From assembly GCA_040752695.1 (NCBI GenBank), contig JBFMGO010000048.1:1-37068 (forward strand): a stretch of DNA of 37,068 bases, read 5' to 3'. How positions within the stretch are numbered: the first letter of the stretch is position 1; each line of letters opens with the position of its first letter. This DNA is from a bacterium (GTDB lineage Bacteria; SZUA-182; DTGQ01). Shown in pieces: positions 10,401 through 18,828 of the stretch. The notes under the pieces are model-generated. The model saw only the letters and a list, made by a program, of their open reading frames with translations, made no database searches and was not told where the DNA came from. The position numbers and the translations under genes are program-made.

Positions 10401-10439
10401 CAGAACAACGACGAGAGATGTGACAATAAATTTTTTCAT
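7410..10439 (-). CDS. Secreted protein: Ser/Pro/Tyr-rich N-terminus, BsuPI-like domain, C-terminal beta-propeller (Beta_propel family)
   Basis: ATG at 10439 follows GAGGAGG; signal peptide. BsuPI: FSSSQQYDIVIKD...VWQWS. Propeller family motifs: YSTTNVQVAGVDEAD, NQFSMDEY, VTFLQVDPLFV, LKIPGYSEYLHP. Confidence 0.88.
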   Translation of the reverse strand: MKKFIVTSLVVVLLAGFCLLAGSSTAQLYQPPSFNPYNNVATIGGWSTSDLSNPMNWLSSSSSYSSPLNTASLWSTNPVSSWTTSPVSINLSVNIFPYSANLYTSPYSSPSYASPYSPVSPYPFGNPASQLSLGNQFSYNNQLPSLYTPQLSPYPRTSASYSFPQQGSILPGLNFTDIKYSTPRVPRTGKLDYKVETDKAEYELQEPVKITFTVANSDKNAVDIVFSSSQQYDIVIKDSSKAMVWQWSNEKRFAQSFTNRTLEVGKSYSYHTDWDQTDNHHTPVPAGTYTIEASLTAYDKNYAQTVSTQITITESGTAATGILPRFSSCSKLREKLNEITNSSSKDIGYYAAYGMAPEAAALDGTRVAAFSTTASTGGSGADDYSTTNVQVAGVDEADRIKNDGAYIYMIKGRSVRIIKAYPASEMKEYPKIDYEKDTFTPNQLYVDGDTLIVIGNDYEPVQESNSSPIGDVSIMTTAIRAPGYYSPYYIPRSSFTRVIIYDITNRASVKEKRNLKFEGTYLQSRKVDDTLYVVMNQYAQYIPVPVDTNPVLLGAGTSVSPDTPETMIPKYADSARSSNDKADKAICDCEQVSYFPGSTESTYLVVVGIPVDDPDGAIGKEVILGSSQNVYASLDNLFVARTTYTDEDDDGTAAAAASAAPERIVAGYSNSPNTQVYKFSFDEETIQYAGKARVPGTIINQFSMDEYDNHFRIATTKGYTWDESNPSSNNLYVLNGNMEQVGSIENIAPGESIKSVRFMGDKAYVVTFLQVDPLFVVSLADPAHPQILGQLKIPGYSEYLHPYDENHLIGFGRDVDASIDADKIHSANAVYYTAILGMKISLFDVTDVTHPVELHQEIIGYRNTQSELLTDHKALLFSKDKNLMAFPVTVTQKIEDAKDTYSNYEYTFQGAYFYHIDLTSGFEKKAAITHYDSDEEFKKAGYYYYGGENDIRRIIYIGNNFYTISDAKIKAIDMQTYRENNVITLEKSADSDTQPYGYPIEKVILLRGE

Positions 10440-10662
10440 TGTTACCCCTCCTCTCGGAAGTTGATACGACAGCAATATTGATTAATGATAAGAATATTAT
10501 CCATGAGCAGTAACCATTACTCTAAAAATGACTATTCGGGAGAAATAGCCCCCATGAGAAATAACCATAATGAGCGAACAGGCTATCAGGAAAATAGCTA
10601 TTAAAGAGCGAATAATCATCCAAACCTGAAAGAAAATCCTTACCTGAAAGAAAATCCTTCTC

Positions 10663-11250
10663 TTAGTACCATCCAAACCCTGAAAGATTCAACCAATTGC
10701 CTGACCCAAAAGGATAGTAAGAAGTATAGGGCACGTACTGTGGCACTGTGTTTACCTCGGTACTTTCTGAAACGGTCGTCGTTACTTCACCTCCAGGCAC
10801 ATAAACGGTGCGGCTCTGCTCGACAGTATAATCCTTGCCGGTTACCTGACTAAAGGGGTAGCCGGAATTTCCCCAAAGTGGTGTGGAATAGGTATTCCCC
10901 AATACATATGGCTGATTAAAAGTATACATTCCCGGATATACCGAAGACAAGGCAGAGTTTAAACCAGTAGCCGGATACGCTGAGTAAGCATTTGAATAGG
11001 ATGGGTAATATGAATAGGATGGATAATATGAATAGCCCGGATAAAGGTTCAAGACTGATCCCGATCGTCCGGCCAACTGGTTATAGGCAGGATACGTAAC
11101 ATAGGTGCCATAACTGTACAATGAACTATTTCCGCAGCAACCACCGCCGCCGCCGCCATGAGCCGCAGCCACCATCGGTGTAAGGAGCATAATGATACCT
11201 ATGAATGCCATCAGGCAATTTCTATGATTTCCTATCTTTAATGTAAACAT
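10663..11250 (-). CDS. Secreted Tyr/Ser/Gly-rich hypothetical protein
   Basis: ATG at 11250 follows AAAGGGGG. Signal peptide ends AAA|H, then HGGGGGGCCG and YSYYPS repeats. Confidence 0.7.
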   Translation of the reverse strand: MFTLKIGNHRNCLMAFIGIIMLLTPMVAAAHGGGGGGCCGNSSLYSYGTYVTYPAYNQLAGRSGSVLNLYPGYSYYPSYSYYPSYSNAYSAYPATGLNSALSSVYPGMYTFNQPYVLGNTYSTPLWGNSGYPFSQVTGKDYTVEQSRTVYVPGGEVTTTVSESTEVNTVPQYVPYTSYYPFGSGNWLNLSGFGWY

Positions 11251-11320
11251 GTCTATCCCCCCTTTATGAAGACAGTAATTTACCATTCAATGCAATGAAT
11301 AAAATAGTATTGTTAATATA

Positions 11321-11375
11321 ATTAACACCATGAGTACAATTAACACCGTGAGTATAATTAACACAAATAAGTACA
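11321..11375. repeat. Tandem 18-19 bp repeat x3 upstream of the Tyr-rich gene
   Basis: attaacaccatgagtaca / attaacaccgtgagtata / attaacacaaataagtaca. Confidence 0.7.
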
Positions 11376-11757
11376 ATCAATACTTCAGAGTTTGCATTGA
11401 ACTTCAGCGTTTAGTTTGAGTGACCAACTTCAGGATTTTCACTTAAAGTAATAGGCTGTCACCTCCCATGTCCCCTTTCCTTTGCATTGGAGGGAAAAAT
11501 AAGGTCAAATCTCATTGAGAAATTTCGATAAGGATCAAGCATATGACTGGGTGAATTTTTCAGAAGCCGGATTGGAAGAAAACGAACTTTTGACCTTTAT
11601 TATTTACTTAAGGGACGGTATTGTGGATTGTGCCGTTACGTAAAGCCCCGGCCACATCTCTTTATCCACAAATGAGGGACTAATTATCCACACATGGAGG
11701 GACAAAAGTCTGTTCCATTCAAGGATATCCAAAAAACGGACGGATAGATGGAGCGTT

Positions 11758-13464
11758 TCATGCAAGCAGCGCGGCGATATCCTCATCCGGCTGCATCCCG
11801 CACCAGGAACGGAAAGTCTGACCGCTTCGGCGCGCAGTCTGATAAGCCCTTACCAGCCTGGCAATAGCAGGGGCAATTTTGTCCGGCGCTATACTCCGGC
11901 TGATCTTGCGGCTGAAAGCTGCATTTTCACCCAGCCCGCCGCATACAAAAAAATCAAAGCTCTCGAATGCCTCTTGCCCAATCCTGGTCAGGGTACCCTG
12001 GAGCCCGATATCCGCCGTTAGGTGATGGCCGCACGAATTCGGGCAGCCGTTCATATGTATCCTTATGTGCTGATCCCAGGTGAGATTTTCCTTCAGGAAG
12101 GCGATAATTTTACGCATCAGAGCCTTCGTTTCAGCAAGAGCCGGATTGCAGAATTCCTTCCCTATGCAGACTACACAGTCGCCTTCTATCGACAGTTCCT
12201 CCATATCGAGGCCGACGGATCGGACACGGCTGATCGCGTCCGGGAGTTTTTCATCCGGGATATCCAAAATAACTAGGTTCTGGCTGCACGTGTTGGCCAG
12301 ATGACCGCTACCGTATGCATCTGCAATGTCGGCCACAGCCACCATCTGTTCGACGACGATCCGGCCTGCGGGCACTGCGATACCGATATAGTTGAGTCCA
12401 GGCTGCTTCTGCGGAAAAATACCAAGATGATCGTGACAGCGTTCAGCCGGTTTCAAGGGGCTTGCCGGCCAGGGTTCAAAGGAGAGTCGCCGCCTGATTT
12501 CCTCTCTGAACTTTTCCGGCCCCCAGTCATCCATGAGAAACTTCAGGCGAGCCCTTTTGCGCATGGTGCGATATCCAAAATCACGAAAGATTTCGACCAC
12601 AGCCACGGACACTTCAAGCACTTGATCCCGCCTCACAAATATATTCACCGGCCTGCTCAGATGCGGCGCCCTTGAAAGCCCGCCGCCAAAAGAGAGATTA
12701 TAGCCTCCCTGGTCCGTGCCATAGGAGCCACGAGAATCATAGGAACCACGAGAGCCAGGAGAGTCAGGGGAGTCATGAAAGTCACGGAAGTCACGGAAGC
12801 CAGGAGAACCAGGAGAGCCAGGAGAGCCGGGAGAGCCAGGAGAGCCAGGAGGACCATACGCTGCGCCAATAAATGAGGCGCAGTTCGTCTGAGGAAAGCA
12901 GCAGTTAATCCCGCAGGTGGAAAATGACAGCTTGAATTTTCGCGGAAGGTTCGAGTATTCCCGCCTGCCAAGGAAATGCTCGCTGACGCGTTTTATATCG
13001 AGTCGGGGATCAAACAGCTCTTTTGGGTCACGGCCAGCAACCGGGCAACCGGTGATATTGCGCATAATATCCCCCCCTGCACCTATGGTGCTCAAGCCTA
13101 CGGCTTTGAGCCTCTTTAGAGTGTCTGGCACATCCTGAATCGTCAGCCAGTGAAACTCATACGACTGGCGGGTTGTAATATCGGCAAAGCCCCGGCCATA
13201 ATCCCTGCCGATCGAGGCCAGTGTTCGCATCTGCCGCGAGCTGTAATGGCCGCCCGGCACATTGATCCTTAGCATAAAGTGACCTGCTTTTGTCATAAAG
13301 TGGCCTGCTTCTGGTCTTTGCCGATAAAGCCCATACCACTTGAAGCGGTCGAAATCATCTGCACTTATGGACTCAAAGCCATCGCGAGCAGCGCGGTAAA
13401 TATCATGAACAGCATCGAGCCCATCTCTTTCGCTCTTGATCCTCTCCATATGGTTGACTGTCAA
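11758..13464 (-). CDS. Ferredoxin-dependent nitrite/sulfite reductase (siroheme-[4Fe-4S] hemoprotein, NirA/SirA family)
   Basis: KWYGLY, ITTRQ, RNITGCP, NLPRKFK and RARLKFL motifs. Cofactor Cys motifs CIGKEFC and GCPNSCG. TTG start after GGAGG. Substrate cannot be decided from sequence. Confidence 0.92.
   Translation of the reverse strand: MTVNHMERIKSERDGLDAVHDIYRAARDGFESISADDFDRFKWYGLYRQRPEAGHFMTKAGHFMLRINVPGGHYSSRQMRTLASIGRDYGRGFADITTRQSYEFHWLTIQDVPDTLKRLKAVGLSTIGAGGDIMRNITGCPVAGRDPKELFDPRLDIKRVSEHFLGRREYSNLPRKFKLSFSTCGINCCFPQTNCASFIGAAYGPPGSPGSPGSPGSPGSPGFRDFRDFHDSPDSPGSRGSYDSRGSYGTDQGGYNLSFGGGLSRAPHLSRPVNIFVRRDQVLEVSVAVVEIFRDFGYRTMRKRARLKFLMDDWGPEKFREEIRRRLSFEPWPASPLKPAERCHDHLGIFPQKQPGLNYIGIAVPAGRIVVEQMVAVADIADAYGSGHLANTCSQNLVILDIPDEKLPDAISRVRSVGLDMEELSIEGDCVVCIGKEFCNPALAETKALMRKIIAFLKENLTWDQHIRIHMNGCPNSCGHHLTADIGLQGTLTRIGQEAFESFDFFVCGGLGENAAFSRKISRSIAPDKIAPAIARLVRAYQTARRSGQTFRSWCGMQPDEDIAALLA
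12719..12858 (-). repeat. In-frame 9-bp tandem repeat insertion in the reductase (PGS/RDF/DS units)
   Basis: gagagccag-type units encode GPPGSPGSPGSPGSPGSPGFRDFRDFHDSPDSPGSRGSYDSRGSYG. Confidence 0.85.
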
Positions 13465-13610
13465 TTCCAGCTTCTCCTCCAGCCTCTATCTTCTCCAGTT
13501 TATCCTCCCATGGCTATCTCCCCCCCGCGACTTTTGTATAAGCAAAGATCGGGAATAAAGAGCGGAATTCTTGACATCGGAGTCTTCCTTGAGATATAAA
13601 TAAGTTTTTA

Positions 13611-13815
13611 TCAGAACCCAGAAACCAGCCGCCAGAAGTCAGTAGACAGAAAGTCAATATCCAAAAAGTCAGAAATTGAGGAGCCAGAATTGAGGAGCCA
13701 GGAATCAGACATCAGGAACCAGGCGTCAGGAATTAGGTGTCAGAACTCAGAACAGGTACTTTTCTTCCGCTCTCTTAATATCATTAAATAAGCGCTCCCC
13801 AAATAAGCGCTCCCC
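13611..13815. repeat. Degenerate heptamer (cagaa/cagga-core) array plus 15-bp duplication in the reductase-serC intergenic region
   Basis: tcagaacccagaaaccag...gtcagaactcagaac with about 7-nt periodicity; aattgaggagccag x2; aaataagcgctcccc x2. Confidence 0.65.
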
Positions 13816-13848
13816 AGTAAGGTGCCATTTTCATACAAAGGAGAAAGA

Positions 13849-14934
13849 ATGAGCAGGGTATATAATTTCAGTGCTGGACCGGCAGTGTTGCCGGAGGAAG
13901 TTTTAAAGCGCGCGGGGGAGGAAATGCTGGATTGGCATGGCAGTGGAATGTCGGTAATGGAGATGAGCCACAGGGGCAAGGAATTCATCGCCATCGCGGC
14001 TCAGGCTGAGGCCGATCTTCGCAGCCTGATAAATGTCCCGCCCAACTATAAGATTCTCTTCCTGCAGGGAGGGGCAACCGGTCAATTTGCCGCTGTACCA
14101 ATGAACCTTTTGCGCGGCAGGAAAAAGGCCGATTATGTTAACACAGGCCAGTGGGCCAAGAAAGCCATAGCCGAAGCCAAGAAATACTGCGAAGTAAACA
14201 TTGCGGCCACAAGCCAGGATGCCAATTTCACCTATGTGCCCCCTATGGATACATGGCAATTGAGCAAGGACGCAGCCTATCTGCATTACACCTCCAATGA
14301 AACCATTGGAGGGGTGGAGTTCAACTGGGTGCCTGATGCAAGTGATGATGTGCCGCTGGCGTGCGACATGTCCTCGAACATCCTCTCGAGGCCGGTTGAT
14401 GTGACCAGGTATGGAGTTATTTATGCAGGTGCCCAAAAAAACATCGGGCCTGCGGGTCTGACCGTGGTTATTGTCCGTGAGGACCTTTTGGGTGCGGCTC
14501 TCCCAGGTACCCCCACTATCTTCGACTATAAGACACAGGCAGAGAACGATTCAATGTACAATACGCCGCCAACCTACGCCATTTATATTGCCGGTCTTGT
14601 ATTTCAATGGATTAAGGACCAGGGGGGACTGGAAGCGATGGAGCAGAAAAATATCCGCAAGGCACAGCTCCTGTATGACCTGATTGATTCAAGCGCCCTG
14701 TATCAATCTCCCGTTGCCAAAGAGAATCGATCGCGGATGAATGTACCCTTTACGCTGAAAAAACCGAACCTCGATGAACAGTTCCTGAAAGAGGCCAAGG
14801 GACAAGGACTGCTGCAACTGAAAGGGCACCGGTCGGTTGGAGGTATGCGGGCGTCCATTTACAATGCCATGCCGGAAGAGGGAGTGAAGGTACTGTGCAC
14901 CTTTATGAAGGATTTCGAAGCCCGGAACGCATGA
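13849..14934 (+). CDS. serC: 3-phosphoserine/phosphohydroxythreonine aminotransferase
   Basis: [34 protein letters not shown] (PLP Lys), [18 protein letters not shown] at 13849 follows AAGGAG. Confidence 0.98.
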   Translation: MSRVYNFSAGPAVLPEEVLKRAGEEMLDWHGSGMSVMEMSHRGKEFIAIAAQAEADLRSLINVPPNYKILFLQGGATGQFAAVPMNLLRGRKKADYVNTGQWAKKAIAEAKKYCEVNIAATSQDANFTYVPPMDTWQLSKDAAYLHYTSNETIGGVEFNWVPDASDDVPLACDMSSNILSRPVDVTRYGVIYAGAQKNIGPAGLTVVIVREDLLGAALPGTPTIFDYKTQAENDSMYNTPPTYAIYIAGLVFQWIKDQGGLEAMEQKNIRKAQLLYDLIDSSALYQSPVAKENRSRMNVPFTLKKPNLDEQFLKEAKGQGLLQLKGHRSVGGMRASIYNAMPEEGVKVLCTFMKDFEARNA

Positions 14935-15039
14935 AATTGAACAGGGAAGACTGCTCTCTCACGGCCGGGGGACACGGAGTTGTTGGAGAACCCCGCATCT
15001 CTTTGAATCAACAAGCACGTATGAATTAACAAGCACGTA

Positions 15040-15068
15040 TAAAGAGTGGGGCAAAGCCCCACTCTTTA
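15040..15068. terminator. Hairpin downstream of serC, probable terminator
   Basis: 13-bp perfect inverted repeat taaagagtggggc-aaa-gccccactcttta. Confidence 0.7.
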
Positions 15069-15503
15069 CCAGATTATTCGCTGCTACGAACTCGATCTTG
15101 CGGCGTATCGAGGATAATCTTTCGTGCAGCCCTTCTTATTCTTCCTAAGCCGTTAATTGCAATACATGCCGTTCCTGATCTCCTCTTTTCCCAATATTAA
15201 AAACCCCAGGTAATCCACTTTCTCCTTGCCTTTTTTGGTTCTTCCGGTCAGCCGCTTTCATCGATCATCTCCGGCTGCCCCTTGTTAGGAGGTAACCGGA
15301 GTAACCACAAACGTGCGGCCTTCCAGATCGTCCAGAAAAGACAGCAGATTCTGAATTACCCGGGGTCTGCCATACCTATCGGCAAGGGAAAAGAAAATCC
15401 ACTACCAGGGAGAAAAAATGCATACGGGTGCATTACCAATTTGTTATGCGTATTGAAAATGCACCCGCCATTGCGATGCACTCATCAACTAGATAACAGC
15501 AAT

Positions 15504-15531
15504 CGTCATTCCCGCGAAGGCGGGAATGACG
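15504..15531. repeat. Short palindromic repeat (internally deleted copy of the 35747 element)
   Basis: cgtcattcccgc-gaag-gcgggaatgacg, perfect 12-bp arms. Confidence 0.75.
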
Positions 15532-15908
15532 GCAAGGTGTGCGAATGAGGCAGGGTGTGAAAGGTGAGTATATCAATTTTAACAAACTGGTAATGCTCTC
15601 AATGGATACTATCCGGGTGGCGTAAGTATATATACGCCAAGTCCATATACAAAAGGCCCTTCTGATGATCATTTTCACTCTCCCCACCTTTAAATTAAGT
15701 CCTGGAATTCTATTAACTTATTGAATAGTTATATCTAGAAGTGTATAATAGGATTGATTATAGATTTCTATAATGAACTTTTTATTTTCTATGAATGTCG
15801 TTATTACCATTTTAAATTGCGAAAATACAGATAAGAGAAAAACAGTGTAGAAAAAATATCGCTATTTGGGTTAGGCCCCCCTATATTAAACGATGAGGAG
15901 AGAGAAGG

Positions 15909-16781
15909 ATGGGAACTCAGTACGAAACGAAAATACCGGAGATCCTGCAAAAATATCAGCAGGAATTGTTCGATGACTGGATGAGGGAGCAACTGGCCGC
16001 GACCTCGTTGCGACTTGATCTGATAAGTGAGCCGGAATTGCGACAGCAGTCAGCCGAATTCCTGAATCTTTTGCAGAAAGGAGCTAAGAGCCGGAACCTG
16101 ACTGATATCATGGCTCCCGAATGGGGTGATATGCGGGATATGTTGACCCTCCTTATCCGCTTGAGAGTCGAGCAGGGGTTCACTTCGTCTGAGGCTGCAA
16201 CCTTTATTTTCTCTTTCAAGCAGTCCCTTTTCAAGAGACTGTCGATGGATATCGGCCAGGATAGCGAAGCATTCATGCGTGAAATATGGATAGCCACGGC
16301 CTTCCTGGACAAGCTGGGGCTGTATGTAACCGAGATCTTCCAGAAGAGCCGCGAGCAGATAATTGAGCGCCAGCGCAAAGAGCTCCTGGAGCTTTCCACT
16401 CCGGTGGTGAAATTGTGGGAGGGTGTCCTGGCCCTGCCGCTGATCGGAACCCTGGACAGTGAGCGCACCCAGGTAGTCATGGAAAGCCTCTTGAATATGA
16501 TTGCCGAAACCAATTCGTTCATTGCTATCATAGACATCACAGGGGTTCCGGCTGTAGACACCCTGGTTGCTCAGCACCTGCTCAAGACCGTGGCAGCAGC
16601 CCGCCTGATGGGGGCTGAATGTTTCATCAGCGGCATACGCCCGCAGATTGCCCAGACCATTGTCCACCTGGGTGTTAACATCAGTGACGTTGTTACCAAG
16701 GCCAACTTGGCCGATGCTTTTACCCTGGCCCTGAAGCAAATTGGTGTTACTCTCACCAGACCGCAGACGCCCCGTTCGTGA
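15909..16781 (+). CDS. rsbR: Stressosome sensor/scaffold RsbR (N-terminal sensor domain plus STAS)
   Basis: ELSTPVVKLWEGVLALPLIGTLDSERT, IIDITGVPAVDTLVAQHL, ISGIRPQIAQTIVHLG. Confidence 0.95.
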   Translation: MGTQYETKIPEILQKYQQELFDDWMREQLAATSLRLDLISEPELRQQSAEFLNLLQKGAKSRNLTDIMAPEWGDMRDMLTLLIRLRVEQGFTSSEAATFIFSFKQSLFKRLSMDIGQDSEAFMREIWIATAFLDKLGLYVTEIFQKSREQIIERQRKELLELSTPVVKLWEGVLALPLIGTLDSERTQVVMESLLNMIAETNSFIAIIDITGVPAVDTLVAQHLLKTVAAARLMGAECFISGIRPQIAQTIVHLGVNISDVVTKANLADAFTLALKQIGVTLTRPQTPRS

Positions 16782-16795
16782 AGGAGGGAGATTCC

Positions 16796-17215
16796 ATGGA
16801 GCACGCATACGGGGGGCGGATACCCATTCTCAAAATGGGCGAATTTCTCCTGGTGAGCATTCAGGTGGATTTGCATGATCAAATGGCCATGAGCCTCCAG
16901 GATGACCTTTTGGAGCATATCACAAGGACAGGGGCACGCGGCGTTTTACTGGACATTTCAGCTCTGGATGTCGTGGATTCTTTTATTGGCCGTATGGTAG
17001 GAAATATCGCCAGAATGTCGAAAATTCTTGGTGCGGAGACTGTCCTGGTTAGCATGAGGCCGACAGTGGCCATTACCATGGTTGAGCTTGGTGTTTCCCT
17101 GCAAGGGGTCCATACCGCCCTGAACCTTGAGAGGGGGATGGAACTTCTGCGGACCTTAATGAGAAAAGAGGAAAAAAGAGAGAGAGACATCAGAGGAGAG
17201 CGATGGAACCGATAA
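16796..17215 (+). CDS. rsbS: Stressosome STAS protein RsbS
   Basis: IPILKMG..LLVSIQVDLHD and LDVVDSFIGR (conserved phospho-Ser). ATG at 16796 follows GGAGG. Confidence 0.95.
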   Translation: MEHAYGGRIPILKMGEFLLVSIQVDLHDQMAMSLQDDLLEHITRTGARGVLLDISALDVVDSFIGRMVGNIARMSKILGAETVLVSMRPTVAITMVELGVSLQGVHTALNLERGMELLRTLMRKEEKRERDIRGERWNR

Positions 17216-17610
17216 AGAAAACCGAGACCTTGGCGGTTCGCTCCTCGCAAGATGTTATTCAGGTACGGCAGGTCGCCCGCGTCTGGGCAGTGGAGATGGG
17301 CTTCAGCCTGGTTGACCAGACCAAGATCGTCACTGCTACCAGTGAATTGGCCCGCAATATGGTTGACTTCGCCGGTGGCGGGATTGTGCGGCTTGAGGCC
17401 CTTGACCAGGGAAGCCGCCTGGGGCTCCGGCTGACCTTCGAGGACCAGGGGCCGGGTATTCCGGACATCGCCCTGGCCCTGAAAGACGGCTACAGCACCA
17501 GAGGGGGGCTTGGCCTGGGTTTGGGCGGTTCCAGGAGGTTAATGAACGAATTTGAAATCCACTCCCGTCCGGGAGAAGGTACGCGGGTGATCGTTACCAA
17601 ATGGCGGTGA
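17203..17610 (+). CDS. rsbT: Switch Ser/Thr kinase RsbT
   Basis: TKIVTATSELARN, DQGPGIPDI.LALKDGYST.GGLGLGLGG.RRLMNEF.I.S.PGEGT. Confidence 0.95.
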   Translation: MEPIKKTETLAVRSSQDVIQVRQVARVWAVEMGFSLVDQTKIVTATSELARNMVDFAGGGIVRLEALDQGSRLGLRLTFEDQGPGIPDIALALKDGYSTRGGLGLGLGGSRRLMNEFEIHSRPGEGTRVIVTKWR

Positions 17611-17719
17611 TGAGACCATTATTCTCCTCTCCGTCTTCTGGGTCGAGTGGAGGTATGCAGGTCATTTAAAGGGCGATGGCCTTCATATGGCGATGGCCTT
17701 CATATATGGAGTGACTTTC

Positions 17720-18733
17720 ATGAAAAAGCAAATAGCCTTGCCGGTAAGCGAGGCCAGTCAGGCGGCAGAGGCAAGGCGCATGGCCGTAAACATGGCCGTA
17801 AATCTCGGCTTCGACGAAGCCGGAGCTGGGAAAGTAGCGATTGTCGCTGCGGAGGCTGCGAGGAACCTGGTCAAATATGCCAGTGGTGGCGAACTGCTCC
17901 TTCGGTCCCTGGAGAGCGGCGGCATCAACGGACTTGAAATCATGGCCCTGGACAGGGGGCCGGGGATGGAGAATGTCTCACGATGCCTGGATGACGGCTA
18001 TTCCACTTCCGGCAGCCCTAGCCAGGGTCTTGGGGCCATCTCCCGCATCGCGGACATGTTTGATATTCACTCGGCAGTTGGCCGGGGTACGGCCCTGGTA
18101 GCTCATATATGGGCGAAAGCCCAGCCTGAAGGCCAGCAGAGGCCAGCCTGCAATGCCGAGTACGGCGCAGTCTGCCTGCCCAGGCCCGGCGAGACGATAA
18201 GCGGCGATGGATGGGCTGATGCCTGCGGGCCGGGCTGGACCCTTGTCCTTTTGGCCGATGGCCTGGGGCATGGCCCGCTGGCAGCCGAAGCCTCCATGGC
18301 GGCAATAAAAATATTCAGAGAGAATACCCGGCTTGACCCTGCCCGAATAGTTGAACGCATTCATGCCGCACTCCGGAGCACGCGGGGTGCAGCCCTGGCT
18401 GTGGCCAGGGTGGATCTTGCCCGCCGCCAGGTCATCTATTGCGGAATAGGGAATGTCAGCGGCATTATCGTCTCCCGTGAGGGAAGTACCGGCATGGCTT
18501 CTTTCAACGGCACTGCCGGCGGAGAGGTCAGTAAAATAATAGAGGTTAATTACCCATGGCCGGAAGATGCCATTCTGGTCATGCACTCTGACGGATTGTC
18601 CAGCCATTGGAAGCTCAACCGCTATCCGGGCCTGAAAAGAAAACATCCCGCTCTGATCGCCGGTGTTCTCTACCGGGATTATTCGAGGGAAAATGACGAT
18701 GTAACCGTGCTGGTAGTTAAAGGTGTACGCTAA
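17720..18733 (+). CDS. RsbT-like HATPase fused to a SpoIIE/PP2C phosphatase (RsbX-like)
   Basis: N-terminal EAARNLVKYA...DRGPGM...DGYST. C-terminal SGD, ADGLGHG, HSDGL and DDVTVLV PP2C motifs. ATG at 17720 follows GGAG. Confidence 0.9.
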   Translation: MKKQIALPVSEASQAAEARRMAVNMAVNLGFDEAGAGKVAIVAAEAARNLVKYASGGELLLRSLESGGINGLEIMALDRGPGMENVSRCLDDGYSTSGSPSQGLGAISRIADMFDIHSAVGRGTALVAHIWAKAQPEGQQRPACNAEYGAVCLPRPGETISGDGWADACGPGWTLVLLADGLGHGPLAAEASMAAIKIFRENTRLDPARIVERIHAALRSTRGAALAVARVDLARRQVIYCGIGNVSGIIVSREGSTGMASFNGTAGGEVSKIIEVNYPWPEDAILVMHSDGLSSHWKLNRYPGLKRKHPALIAGVLYRDYSRENDDVTVLVVKGVR

Positions 18734-18828
18734 GAACTTGTCCCCCAAAAGAGGTGTAACTGGGAATAGAGTAACATAGTGGAGCCAGAGAGATAGTAAG
18801 GTAATCTCCTCCAAAGAGAGGACCACGA

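Noticed and set aside
11321..11375. CRISPR array (also considered for 13611-13815 and 35598-35680)
   Set aside because: The units are directly tandem with no unique spacers, and no cas genes are present.
12770..12858. Collagen-like domain in the reductase
   Set aside because: Only about six G-S-P triplets, from a 9-bp DNA expansion; too short for a triple helix.
15070..15700. Short ORFs or a gene remnant between serC and rsbR
   Set aside because: Some stretches look coding-like, but I recognise no family and no consistent frame.
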